Assembly (NCBI GenBank): GCA_002189035.1
Contig: CM007992.1
Span: 2,790,001 to 2,854,000 of the forward strand
Length of the DNA: 64,000 nt
Direction of reading: 5' to 3'
From: Utricularia gibba
Taxonomy: Eukaryota; Plantae; Magnoliophyta
Below, in pieces: positions 36,150-49,199 of this stretch; the stretch's first letter is position 1, and the number at the start of each line of letters is the position of its first letter. The notes under the pieces were generated by a model. It saw only the letters and a list, made by a program, of their open reading frames with translations, was not told where the DNA came from and searched no databases. The position numbers and the translations under genes were made by a program.

Positions 36150-36330
36150 ATCATTTACTTCATTTTTAACAATCATATTATGTAAAATTATAGCAGCATA
36201 TATGACATTGATTAGAGTTTCATGATACCACATGCGAGCAGGTGAATAAATAATTTCAAACCTTGATTTTAATAGTCCAAAAACTCGTTCTACATACTTT
36301 ATTGTACTTTCTTGTCGAATAGCAAAGAAC
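36150..36330 (-). mobile_element. PIF/Harbinger transposase C-terminal remnant
   Basis: In-frame FAIRQESTIKYVERVFGLLKSRFEII...VIYAAIILHNMIVKNE matches the Harbinger DDE C-terminus (VERAFGxLKxRF...ACIILHNMIV). Confidence 0.8.
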
Positions 36331-37524
36331 CTTTAATATACTAATAAAAAATGAAAACATTCATAACTTGTGAAAATATAAAAATTTTACATTACCCAAT
36401 AGCTACAAACAAAAAATTGGAAATTAATCTTCAACCTTTTGTCAAACCAAATCCGCCGAGTAGGAGAAAAACGAAGATATGGAGTTCTTTGTGAAGAAAT
36501 AAGATTTATTTATTAAATATATTTGAATAACAAAGAATTAAAAAATAAAAAAAATGATTGATTGCACGCAGAGAGAAAGTGTCCGTGGACACAAAATTAC
36601 CGGACAAAACTAGACCACGCATCGATATCCAGAAATTTCATTCATTTACATCGATCTAGATGTTTGCCACATTATGATTATCCGGACACCAATGTGGATG
36701 CCTTGAGAAATGGAAATGATAAAGTTCATTTTCTTCTGAAAACAGCTTAATAATAGGATGTCAAAAATTTGATTTTAAAATTATGATTTTTAAAAATGAA
36801 TAAAAAGAAAAACAAAACTAAATAAATAAAACTTAATAACTCAATTTTCGAAAATATCATGTGAGCATTTCCTAACATTGGTAAGGAAGATCTTATGATA
36901 AATGAAATGTATGTTTTGGATTTCATGTTTATAAAAATTAATTAGAGAGTTATTAAACTTGTTTCCCATCTTAAATTGATAAAAAAAACAATTACAATAC
37001 AAGAATTTTGATTCTATTGTACGAAATTTTCTTAAATATAATAACTATAAGAGATTTCAAATGAACTTTTCTAACAAGTTTATGTGAATCCTTGTTTTAC
37101 AACTTCATATATAGATAATTCTAGAAAAACTAAAATAAATAAAATTAGTTAATAATTATATTATATTATTAATACTGTACGCGATCATTAATTATTTATT
37201 CTATATTAAGAATAACCTTTGTTATTATTTGATATCGACTTCTATATGCACCATCATTTTAAAATGGATAAATATAGTAAGCATTTTTTTTATTTTTCAA
37301 AAATATTATCCGATTTTGAATATTCAATTAACATGATATTTAACAATGAAATGTCAATTTGCTTTACAATGAGATTGTCCATCAATTTGCCCTACAATGA
37401 TATCAGATTCTCAATATCTAAATAAAAAAAAATTAAACAAAAAAAAATTATGCAGAAAAAAATATAACCAAAATTTTCTCCAAATCCAATTCTACTCAAC
37501 CAACTTAGTCAAACACATCCCTGC

Positions 37525-37745
37525 AATTACAAATGCGTTCGGTTTTGGTTTGAAATCGAACAGTTCTTTTGAACCATCAATTCGTAAACCACTATTCATC
37601 ATAGATTACGGTTTTAATTTCGGTGTTGAACTAGATTTCAACACCTTGAACCAAATCGAAACTGAAATTGAACCCAACGATTTATGCTCGGAACCAAAAC
37701 CAAAGCCATTGATCCAAACTGAAACCAATCGGTTACTGTTGATGC
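37525..37745. repeat. Cluster of AACC/GGTT subrepeats with a 9-bp hairpin; possible hAT-derived MITE remnant
   Basis: Many gaacc/aaacc/cggtt motifs; GGTGTTGAA-ctagat-TTCAACACC at ~37622-37645. No TIR or TSD defined. Confidence 0.4.
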
Positions 37746-39212
37746 GTTTTTCAGGTATCCACTCTAACCATTGTGGGTACATTGGAGTGAATTTTATTTT
37801 ACATAATCATTTGTAGACACCCTTAACATTCATTATGAGTGTCTAGAATGGATGTTCAGAATTGATTTTAGATACCTTTAAGAATCATATAAATATTTGG
37901 AAAATTCATTACAAAAAACGATGCATTGTTGACGATTAATAATTCATGATGCACTTACAAAATCATAAATACAAGTCAAATCCATTTACTGGTATGTATA
38001 TTGTAATGAATATTTTGAATTTTTTAATATTTTAATAGAAATCGACGATTCTTGGTTTTGAACCAAATATGTCCAATTGAACCAAAATCGTATGATTCTA
38101 GTTCCAAAATAGGAACCATAAGAACACTCATATCTTGGACTTGAACCAGAACTTAAACTCTGGTTTGAATTGATTACAACTTTACATACAATCAAAAAAT
38201 TTGAATGTCAAAATTTTTGAGCATAAAAGATATATATTGAAATTTAGTCAAGTGCACTTATGTAATGAAAAAAATTAAATGTCAAAATTTATGAACATAG
38301 AAGATATATAAAAAAGAATATGAGCGAAAATAGTAAGACGCTATCATTGATGATGGTATGCGACCACTCATGTCACATGTTCTTTAAATGACATCATTGA
38401 TAGCACATGTTTTCGAAGGGCTATCAATGATGACAAATGTTCCCAAAGCACTATTATTAAGGATATGTCTATCGTATATATGAAAGTTGCTATTAGTGAT
38501 TATGTGTAATATTAATAATATAGTATTATTTTTACTATTATTATACAATTTATTTTTATGCTAGTTATACAAATTTGCACTCCAATTGTATTATGAATCT
38601 TAATAACTCTTATTCTTCAATCATCAAGGATTGAAAACACGTTGAATTTCTCAAAGTATGAAACAAATACTTTGAAATGTAAGATATGATGTTCTTTAAA
38701 GAAATTATATGAATTTGTTCTGTTTTAATAATTTCTTAAATTGATTCTATTTAATTAAATTTAATCATTAAAATAAAAAAAATTCAGATTTGTGATTAAT
38801 TCCATAAATTATTGAATTTATTGAATCTTTATTTTGATTGATTAAATAATAGACTAATTAGAAAAATTATATTTTTATTGTCTATTTATTCAAAAAATAT
38901 ATGTATATCATAATATTAAAAACAGAATATTTTGATATATTAAATTTTATTAAATTATATAATATAATACAAAAACATTTTTACAATATTAAATTGAATA
39001 TATTAACATAATATCAAAATTGTTTTTATTTTAAATAATTTAAAATATAACTTAAAATTATAATAATCCATATATCTAATTTGGTTTGCATCAACTTTTG
39101 TAAAGTTGCGGCTTCAGGAATCTGATTCCCTTTTCCCATTGGTCACCTTCACCTAAAAGCCATCGTCATCGTCATCACATCAGTTGATGCGGTTTTCCAA
39201 CACAGCGTTCCC

Positions 39213-39539
39213 ATGGAAAGAATTCCCAGATTCTCAGCTCACGAGAAAAAGGTTTTAGCCATCGGATTATCAGTTCTAGCAGTGCTCTCCCCTCTCTACG
39301 TCAACCGAAGCTCGATTCCAGAACCGAGGCTCGATGACGAGATCAGGAGTATCGCCTCTTGCCTTCCTTTCGTGCTCATGCTGTCGCTGATAGTGGCCAT
39401 ATACGCTTCTGGGTACATCGAAAATGAAGCTTCCAGGTTCGATGCGCACTGGTTTCACAGGGCGGGAGGGTCTTCAGCAGGGATCACCATTCTTCTCATT
39501 CTGCTAACCCTTGTCTTGAAGTGCAAGGCCTCAAACTAG
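39213..39539 (+). CDS. Small plant membrane protein of unknown function (108 aa, 2-3 TM), intronless
   Basis: Clean ORF in GC-richer sequence. It has hydrophobic segments, an SPLY motif and FDAHWFHRAGGSSAGITILLILLTLVLKCKAS, resembling a conserved plant DPxWIHRxGGSS...LKCKAS family. Confidence 0.8.
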   Translation: MERIPRFSAHEKKVLAIGLSVLAVLSPLYVNRSSIPEPRLDDEIRSIASCLPFVLMLSLIVAIYASGYIENEASRFDAHWFHRAGGSSAGITILLILLTLVLKCKASN

Positions 39540-41050
39540 CGATGCCAATTTCAGCCATCTACCAACCACCATCTTGTTTAACGTAAGTTACAAGGTGCGT
39601 TTACCAGAATTCGTATGTTGTCCTCTCAATGCTTCTACTGGTAAAATAACAAAAATCGATTCAAACCATCAGAATACGCAAATTTTTATCATGCTCATCG
39701 TCGGTGGTGTAGATCAAATCATTCCCCATCCAACACACGCAACCACCACACTATCAAAAACTTAGTGTCTTGTTGCACTCCTTTCAACCCAAGAGTTTAG
39801 TCCCATTCCCGCATCTTCCACAGTGGCCCCTCACAGTAGCGCCAAAACCAGCTACTGCAATCAGGGCTCCTCAGCCTGAAGGCGCGTACTGATTGGGGCA
39901 TTTCACGGCCAATGTTCATGCTTCACGCCGTTGGATTCCTGTGTCCCAACAACCAAGGGGGGGTATTAAAGGCGGATAACCGCCCCCATTAATATTTCTG
40001 AGAAATGTAGACGTGTGTGTGGCCAGACAAAACTCACGTACAGCTAAAGCTTCAGGCCAGGGTCCCAGAGCAGCTTTCCAGAAACATTGACGACCTTACT
40101 ATTTTTTCTTTTTTTTCGTCACGGACTCGCATGTGCGGTGTGGCCATGGGCCCCACAACTCCGACGACATGGGCCCGGAGTGCCCGGCTCCGAATCCTAT
40201 GCAATTTTGTTGTCATTTGTTTAGGTGACAAAATTTAATTATACGATACTTAAATTGCTTGCAAAATGGAAAAGAGTGCGTGCGAAGAGCTACCTAGAGT
40301 GTTGTTGAAACCGAGGAGAGTCTCCAGCTACCGCGTAACAGCGACATGCTCCCGTACTACTAGAATTTCTCTAATTAGTATTAATTAAATATAAAATTAT
40401 AATAAAAAAACCTCAATTATCAATATTATAAAGATTTTATTCTCGAGTTTCACAATTGCAATAAAAAATATCTCAATTTATTAAAACAACAATGAAACAA
40501 ATATTTTTCAAATTTTTTAAAAATTGAACTAATGTCTATGAATTCAAAACTCAATAAAATTTCATATTAAAGTTTTTTGTATTCACGTTTAAATTTTGAT
40601 GAATCTAATGATAAATCTGTTAAAGTTATATTGTGTTCTAAGGTCATATAATTCAAAATGACAATAATTATATTGTATTCGTATTTACATCTTGTATAAT
40701 ATATTATTATAATAATATTAAGGTCAAAATATATTAATTTTGGCAATATAAGGGGTTAGATATATAATTTTATAAATTAATAGTCAAATTATTTACAAAA
40801 AAACAATTCAATATTAAATTAAGTTGAAACTGAAAAATTAAATTATTTATATTTAATTTAACTTGGTATGACTCCAAAAAACTTCACCCGAAAATAGAAA
40901 ATTAAATTATCTAAAATGTTTGGAAAATAAAATATTAGGGACACAAACATTCCCTAATTAATGTTTTATGAATTTTTAATAATTAATTGGCTACTCTTCC
41001 ATTCAATACATCCTGGAAAACCCAAAAAGGAAAACTATGGCCATCAATGT

Positions 41051-42324
41051 TCAGAGGGAGTTGATTTGACCCTTTTGAGCTGGCTGCTCATTACCAGCGT
41101 CGTCAGCAGATGGGATTTCACCGCCAGAGAAGTTGGCTTTCTGTCCGGTGATCTTCTCCAGATACGAAACAATCATCGCTTCTCTTCTCTGGGCCAATGT
41201 CTTTTCCCGGGCACGAGCCATCGCCTCCTGCTCGAAGTGCACCATTTCTTGATGCCTCCAGTACTCTTCTCTGGCTCGTCTTTCGTCGTCCAGTCTCTCG
41301 ATCATCTCAGTGAACTTCTGGTGCAGACTCTCTTGATGATCCATCATTTGTTTCACAAAAGTGCCGAAGAACTCCGCCATCGGGGTCATCAGATGGCTGC
41401 TGTAGTTGCTGCTCCCTTTGTTCTTCTTCTTCTTCTTCCGCTTCCTCTTCCTTTGTGATTCCTCGGAGCCGTGATCGAAATCAGAGGGGATCTGGTAATT
41501 GGGGCGGGGGCTGCTTTTCTTCTCGCAGCGTCTGTAGATTGCTTCCAGCTCTCCGAACTGAAGCTTCTGATCCTTGCCGTCGGAGGAGGTGTTGCCGGTC
41601 AGCACTTGCTGCTGGTTCGCTTCTATGTGCTCTTGTCTGTCGACTATTTCGCTGTTTCCATTGGATGCTTCTGCAGGAAGAGGCTCCCTAGCAACCAAGT
41701 GCATGCAAGAAACTAAGTGTGCGATTTACATCCATTTTTAATGATAATAGTAATGATAATCAATTAAATTACATGAAAAAAATGCAGATTTAATTAAAAA
41801 AAGCCAATTTCTGCAATCACTATCCAACCCAGAGACCCGGATTTGAACCCGCAATCCACGGATCCTAATTCAGAAACATGAAGGGAAGAATTTGCAACTG
41901 GTAAGCACATAATAGAAAAGATGTTTGGTTACCAGAAGGGCTGTTGTTTGAGCGAGGAATCTTGTGGGTCATTCCAGCAATGCAGAATCCCAAGTGAAGA
42001 AGAAGAAGAGAGCCTGTTTTTATGAACCTCATACTGCAAACCTTCTTCTCTGTCTTTAAGCCGTTCATTTCTAGAGCAGATCTCATTCAACCCCAGCTTG
42101 AAATTCACCGCCGGAAAGTAGGACGGCGTGCAGCCATCGTAGTGGTGGTGGGGCGGAAGGAGATGGTGGTGGTGGTGCTCGAGGAACAGCTGCTGAGTCG
42201 TGGGTAAAGCGTGGATTTGGTCAAGAATGTGATTCGTCTGGTTCATGGATAACAGAACCGGAGCAGCCGCAGCACAGGCAGCATCATTCGGATGGATCCC
42301 AGGGATTTCGAAACCAGAATGCAT
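41051..42324 (-). CDS. GT-2/GTL-like trihelix-family protein (2 exons, 342 aa) without a recognisable intact trihelix domain
   Basis: Exons 42324-41933 and 41687-41051 join in phase (PFW|EPLP). Contains a His tract, FGELEAIY, basic NLS RKRKRKKKKK and the GT-2 central coiled coil FVKQMMDHQESLHQKF...REEYWRHQE...IVSYLEKITG. Confidence 0.82.
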
Positions 42325-43949
42325 CACGAGGATCAGAAAGGAAGGGAAATCGCGGATCGTGAGGAGTAGATTCAAAAACAAGCTGAATCAAAATGCGCCA
42401 GCCTGCTCGTCATCGAAAACCCTAGAAACATGGAAGGGATGGGATCCATGGAAGAGGAAGGAAGAAGAAGAGAGATGGAAGATCTCTGGTCGCAGAGGAG
42501 AAAGGACGACAAGGAAGAAAGATAAGTGGGCTGCCGCTGCGCTGCGAAAGGGTGTGAGAGAGGGAAAGCCGAACCGAAGAGAAGCCTTACTTTTTCCTTC
42601 CCATTGTACGGCACTCGCTAAGATATAAAAAGCCCATATTTGAATAAAAAAAACTTTTTCTTTTTATTACACACACACAGACTGTGTGTCCCACGCATTT
42701 AAAAATTAGTCGTGTCATCGAAAGAGACATTTCCGGACAAGAATGACAATGAGCAGTAACTTCAACTTTGAGGACAAAAGAAGACCACCTTCAAATCCTC
42801 ACCAAAAAAATAAAATAAAATAAAATAAAAACCCAATTGAAATCAATTAAAATGGATTGCTGAGTTGCTCACCCCTCTTACCATTCATATGCAGTGGTTC
42901 TATTTTATAGTAATGTATTAGTATATTTAAGTATAATATAGTTGGATATGTACTCAATTGTAAGATATATAACAAATTATATATTGATATCTAAGAATAA
43001 ACGTATGAAATATAAAAGTCCAAAAGATTCTTTGATATATAAGAATACGATAGATACCTATCAATTTTTGAAAGAGTACAAATGAGAAAATATGATTTGG
43101 TAATTGGTATAGATATAATTAGTTCTTTTTTTTCATTTGTGTATATCACTATTGAGTTGTTTGATAAAAGAATGTAGAACATTTATATTTAAGTTTACAC
43201 ATATATTATTATTTGATTTATTAATATAGGTATAACAATCTCGTATGATTATACCAATCACATATTTATTTTTTTAAATATATGATTAATATATATAAAT
43301 GAAGTAGGGTACTAGTTATATGTATATTATTTACATATTTAAATTTTTATTCTAGTATATTAAACATTATATATAATTGAATATCTATATACATACTCAA
43401 TTATATTATACTTAAATATATTAATATCTTGTTATCAAACAACCTCTCACATGTTCAAAAAATGATTATGTTAGTGATATAATCATATAAGATTGCTATA
43501 CATATATTAATTAGTCAAACAACCTTTTATGTGTAAATTTAAGTATAAATTTTGTATATTATACTATAAAACACAGTGTATGTGTCGTGTAATATGGAGA
43601 CCGATGTTGTGGTATTTTGGATGTAGTCGGGAAACGGGTCGGGGCGGGTGGGGGGGGGGGTGACAGAGGACAAGGGCCAGGGGGCACGTGTGGGTAGTGC
43701 GTGTTGGGAACCCAGGGGACGCTGCTGCAGTGCTGCTGCCTTCTTATTTAATTATTACATTATAATAATACAAAAAAGAATTGATGACGGGCCACGTGAA
43801 GCTGTTCATTCGCTTCGCTGGGCGTGGGGCCCCTACCCCTCCTCCTTGACCTCCTTCCTCGGTACCCCTTGCGCTTTCGCTTTCGCTTTCGCTTCATTAA
43901 TTAATTCCGCTTAAAAGGAAAAAAAAGGATTTTTTCTGCTTATGAGGGG

Positions 43950-44025
43950 AGTGGGCCGATCCGGGAAGATGGGGCTTGTCAATGGAGCCCTAGGCCCATT
44001 TCAGAATTAGGTTTTGCGTCCTATA
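43950..44025 (+). promoter_or_regulatory. RPS2 core promoter: site II motifs, telo-box-like motif, TATA-like box
   Basis: TGGGCC at 43952, GGGCTT, GGCCCAT at ~43993, ttaggtttt at ~44008 and ctatataag at ~44021. Confidence 0.6.
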
Positions 44026-44093
44026 TAAGCATCACCATTTCACCGAAGCTGGGGGAAGGTTCGTGGAGAGGGTGTCTGTTTGTGTTCTGAGTT

Positions 44094-45232
44094 ATGGCTG
44101 AGCGAGGTGGAGGAGACCGTGGATTTGGCCGTGGGTTCGGCGGGCGCGGACGCGGCGGGGACAGGGGGAGAGGACGTGGGCGTAGACCGCGACGTGAACC
44201 GGAGGAGGAGAAATGGGTTCCTGTCACGAAGCTTGGCCGTTTGGTGAAGGACGGGAAGATCAAATCCCTGGAACAAATCTACCTCCACTCACTCCCAATT
44301 AAGGAATATCAGATCGTGGATGCCCTAGCGCCGTCGATGAAAGATGAGGTCATGAAAATTACTCCCGTTCAGAAGCAGACCCGCGCTGGTCAGAGGACTC
44401 GTTTCAAGGCATTTGTTGTTGTGGGTGATGGAAATGGTCATGTTGGATTGGGAGTCAAGTGCGCCAAGGAGGTGGCCACGGCTATTCGTGGAGCCATTAT
44501 ATTGGCCAAGCTCTCTGTGATCCCTGTGAGACGAGGGTATTGGGGAAATAAAATTGGTAAGCCTCACACTGTTCCTTGCAAGGTTACTGGAAAATGTGGT
44601 TCTGTCACTGTGCGCATGGTACCTGCACCACGGGGTGCTGGAATTGTGGCTGCCCGTGTCCCTAAAAAGGTGCTCCAGTTTGCTGGAATTGAGGATGTTT
44701 TCACCTCCTCCCGTGGATCCACCAAGACTCTTGGGAACTTCGTCAAGGTCGGTTTTTATAGGACATTACTGTTTTATGTTGTATTTTTATTGTTTGATGA
44801 TTCATTTGCCATGCAATTTGAAAGTTATAGCGATCTTTTTTCACGTGGAAGTATGCAACTTTGCCAATGGTATACGGAAATAGAATGTTTCATTTGTCTT
44901 TCCCATTGATGAAGTAGCTGAAATCAATATGCTGTTGAAGCTTACTCAACGGAGACCTTGTTATTTCCTTCTTGTGTGGTTGATACTTCACTACTCGCTT
45001 GCTTTTCGAGGCAATCATGAACATACTTCTCTAAGCACTTCATGGTTTTTCTTATGACTTAATGTATTTCGATCAGGCAACTTTTGACTGCCTCTTGAAG
45101 ACGTACGGCTTCCTCACGCCTGACCTGTGGAAGGAAACAAGGTTCATAAAATCCCCTGTACAGGAGTACACGGATCTTCTTGCAAAACCAACCGGGAAGA
45201 TTATCCATGTTGTTGAGGACCCAGAGGCCTGA
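44094..45232 (+). CDS. RPS2: 40S ribosomal protein S2 (uS5), 2 exons
   Basis: Exon 44094-44747 has an RGG-rich N-terminus and [13 protein letters not shown]...[14 protein letters not shown]...GNFVK|gt. Exon 45077-45232 reads [23 protein letters not shown]...*. Confidence 0.97.
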
Positions 45233-45765
45233 ATGGTTTGAGTTGTTGTTCATGGGATAATTTATCTTTGTTTGCGAGATCTTCGCCAGATCTGCTCCTT
45301 GTTTTGAAACCTCTGTTAGTTACACTTCGGTTCTACCTTGGATTGTTATGCGGTGATTTACTTCTCAGACTCCCCTCATTTACGGATTCTTTTAACTCTA
45401 CTCCTTAATGGAAAACCAGAAGTCGAACATGACTTCATTGGTTCACTTTCTTGCTTCTTTTATCAGAAAATTGCTGGATTTTGCAAGTAATGGATCTCTA
45501 ATTAGTGAGTAATATAAGCAACAAAAGAAAAGGACTAGTGAATCGGAGGTGATTCTCATTAGCTCGCCCGTAACCATGTTTACTCCACATACTGTACAGA
45601 AATTTTACACCCCTGCCACGATATAAACCCCTCACAAGGCCACAACGAATCAAGCAAAGGCAGGGCGCGGCATGATTCGTCGATGGTCTTGCTTTAGCTT
45701 TGAGAATGTAAGGTATCCTCGAGCCATGAAGGCAGCATGGACCCATGTTGGTCAATGGCATCAGG

Positions 45766-47452
45766 TTAGCTAACATGTATGTCATACGTCTCGAATAGAT
45801 TGTCTGGAAGAACCAGGGGCAAGTTGTCTATGTATGTGAACAGCCTCTTCAAGTTCTCCCTGGTTATAGTTGTCATGCTTACGGCATCCCTGCTGTCCAG
45901 GAGAACCCACAAGTCGCCGGAGCTAACCCTTTTTAAGCTGTCTCGACAAAAAGGACATGATTGGGATCTTGGGCGCCTGTGGCAAGAGGGAGCCTGTTTA
46001 ATGGAGGCAACAACAATACAAAAACAAGAGGGGAACACTATCAAGTACGTCAAGAGAGAGAATAAAGTTTCTTTTTAAGGCCAGAGAGTTTTAGGCAGAG
46101 AAGCGATGAGGTCTAACAATGATGTTCAGCCTTTCACAGGAAGTGCTCTGAATTTTTTTCCCGGGAACTTTACCCAAAATATTGAAGAATAAAGGGAATA
46201 GTATAGTTACCAGTCTCCATAGCATTTCAAACACATTGCATGGGTGCAGTTTGGCAGAACTATCTTGCTGGTAGTCTCCATACATATTTCACATTCTTCT
46301 CTTTCAGTGTCTAATTCTGAGAAGTACCCATGCTCTTCGCCATCCCTTCTTCGGAATCTCTCCAAGCATAATGCTTTTTGCTTTTTATCTTCCATGTCGG
46401 TTACACCTCTTTGAAGTTGCAGTAAAGAGGGATAAATAACAGCTGAAAAGATTTTAGTAAACTTAGATGCAACAAAGGACGAGATTCCACTAACAATCAC
46501 TTAATGAAGCGTTAACCAGAAAATTCACCATAGAATTCCCTGATGCTTGCCTTTCTCTCGTAAGTGGACATTGTCGTGGTCCCATCATCATATACCTATA
46601 GAAAAAAAAAAAAACGTTAAATTACACTGATAACACATGTGAAAGAGGGTAGTCAGTGATAAAGCACAAGCAAACAAGTTAAGGTTGGAAAAGCGCAATG
46701 TGAATCTCAATTAAAGAGATGAAGCACATGGAAGCATGAGATCAACAAACCTTATAAATTTGGATCCTCAACAGTCCAATGGCACCAGCAAGGTGGCAAT
46801 CAGTCCATGCCACTAGGAAAAGAAAAAAATGTGCCGCTGGGCTGTATGCCAGTCTCATCTGAAGAGACGCACCATCACACTCATGGGGGAAATCAGACGC
46901 CCTGCAATGAGGACGAAGAGCAAATGTAAAAGGGGAAGTAGAAACCACCGTGGCATTTCAAAGATACATCTTTTCTACCTAGAAATTCATTCGGAGCACT
47001 CAAAAAAGGAATTCAGCGTACATTACAATTTCAGACACATAAATATACTCCTAAACCAGGATTATCACGCCCGCAATTTTCTAGTTATCATGATACTAAA
47101 GCTGCTTAAGATGAATACAGAAATCAAACTCCTTAAATCACAATTTTGAAATTATTCTTCCAAAATCTACCCAGACCAAAAAATTCTAAACAACAGACGA
47201 GAAGAATAGAGAAAAAAACCCTTTCTACAACCCACGACAATAACAGAACATAACACTAAATACACAAAAACCCAAATGCATTCAGGCGAAATAGAAAAAC
47301 CACATAAAAGACAAGAGATTAACAGAAAAATCCGTAGAATCAAAGAAGAAAATAGTGAGGTACAGCGTATTCGCGTGCTGAATATCCGCCTCGAGAAGTT
47401 TAATCGAATTTTTGAAAGACCTCCGCGTCGGACTCCCACCGGCGACATACAT
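45766..47452 (-). CDS. RING-HC E3 ubiquitin ligase, AIRP2-like, multi-exon
   Basis: MYVAGGSPTRRSFKNSIKLLEADIQHANTL|; DGASLQMRLAYSPAAHFFLFLVAWTDC; ERKASIREFY; VIYPSLLQLQRG; CEICME..VLPNCTHAMCLKCYGDW..SQSCPFCRDSLKRV. Confidence 0.92.
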
Positions 47453-49199
47453 CTCTCGTTTGATTGATGAATTTTTACGGCTACAGAATAAAGAAGATTA
47501 AGCGGATCGAAAAAAGATGCAGGAGATCTTTTTGTAGGGTGTGAGTCGTACTGGAAAATATCAATTTCGCATACCTAAAATCATTGCGATGATGATCTGG
47601 GTGGATATAGTGGGGCCCGCTGACTGACAAGGGCACAACGTCAGCAAATTTTATCCACTAAAAATAACATTATCTCATTTATTTATTTATTGTTTATTGC
47701 AATTATATTAGTGTTTACATGCAATGGATTGAGATCCATAGAAACATACACACATTTTGAAATTAAAGGACTATTTACTAGTTGATAATTGAGTTTGGAA
47801 CGATGGATGACAGTTTTTTTGACCAATATTTTTATTAGTTGGGTATTTTCGACCAACATATATTTATATAATTTAATAAAATAACTATAATATTTTATCG
47901 ATTTGATAGTTTCCATCAGTATCATTTACCTTAATAACAGTTTTGACTATATGAAATTACTATAGTTTATACGATTAACCTTTATTAAACATAATTTTAA
48001 TCATTAACAATAAATATGAATGGTATTTTTTGCAAAAAAACACAGTTTTAAACATTTTACCATAAGTTTTAATGAGAGCTGCAAAATTGAAAAATAACAT
48101 TTTTCGATTAGGCTACTTCTATCAGTCCTTAAAATTCTTTTACATAAGACTTGTAATTAAAAACCAATTAATCTCTTTGAATCATAATACACTTGTTATT
48201 ACTATATTTATTTTCTATAATATACTTGTGGATTATTGATTCATTTATAAATAATTTAATAAAAAAATCTTTAGACCCTGGACAATTAAAGAATTTTTTT
48301 TCATCATTAATCAAGGTAGATAGGTGTGCGAGTAACCCAAATTAATTAGTGAAATACCATCATTCTATATTAAACTGAAATAATACCTCACTTTTTAATC
48401 AATTTTATTAAATACAAGTACTAATATGCTTTTATTGATAGTCTACCTTAGTTTTACTGTTAATTTTATTTTTTATTCATATTCTTAGAAATCTGACACG
48501 GGAATAGAATAATTTCGAAATTGAATTACTCAATTTAAAATAAAATTAATTAAAACACATTTTAATTGAAAATGTTTTTACAATTAAAGAAATCAATGTA
48601 ATGAATGCGGTTGAAAATAAAAAAATGAATAATTCAATTAATTATAATGTTTGTGATATAAATTAACTCTAAATTAATTAAAAAAATGAATATCTTTTGT
48701 ATTTTATTAGGATGACCACTTTGTATTCGTTTATTTGATTAATTAACTAAAAGCAAAAAAGGAGTTGACATTCAATTACATTAATTCTAACTAGATAAAC
48801 TTGTTTAAAATAAGTGTTCATTAGAAATGAAATTTTGTAATAATCACTCGTATGATCTCTTGGTTTTATTTGAAAGTAATAACAAACTTAGAAATACATC
48901 CTAAAACTTATTATTATATATATTTCAAAAGATCAAATTAATTTCAAATGTACTTTTGAATATGACAACATGGAAATTTCTTGATTAGCCAAATTCCAAA
49001 ATTGTACATTCCTTCATAAATGCGAAAATTATTACATATAATACTAAGTGGACCAATAAATTTTACTTATACAACTATGTTTAGAATTTGTATATGTCTA
49101 TATAAGATTTGGTAACATTTTTGAGATTTAATCATACTTGATAGAAAACGCATACCTTCGCATAGCACTTTATTAAGAAATTTGACATGATTAGTAATC

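Noticed and set aside
41826-41860. tRNA B-box-like GGTTCAAATCC on the minus strand
   Set aside because: The T-stem does not pair fully, there is no A-box or cloverleaf, and it lies in the trihelix intron.
42372-42449. 25-codon upstream ORF before the trihelix CDS
   Set aside because: I cannot show conservation or that it lies within the transcript.
42930-43530. Tourist-like MITE (inverted ttgtttgataa / ttatcaaacaa)
   Set aside because: Termini and TSD cannot be defined, and the similarity is short in very AT-rich sequence.
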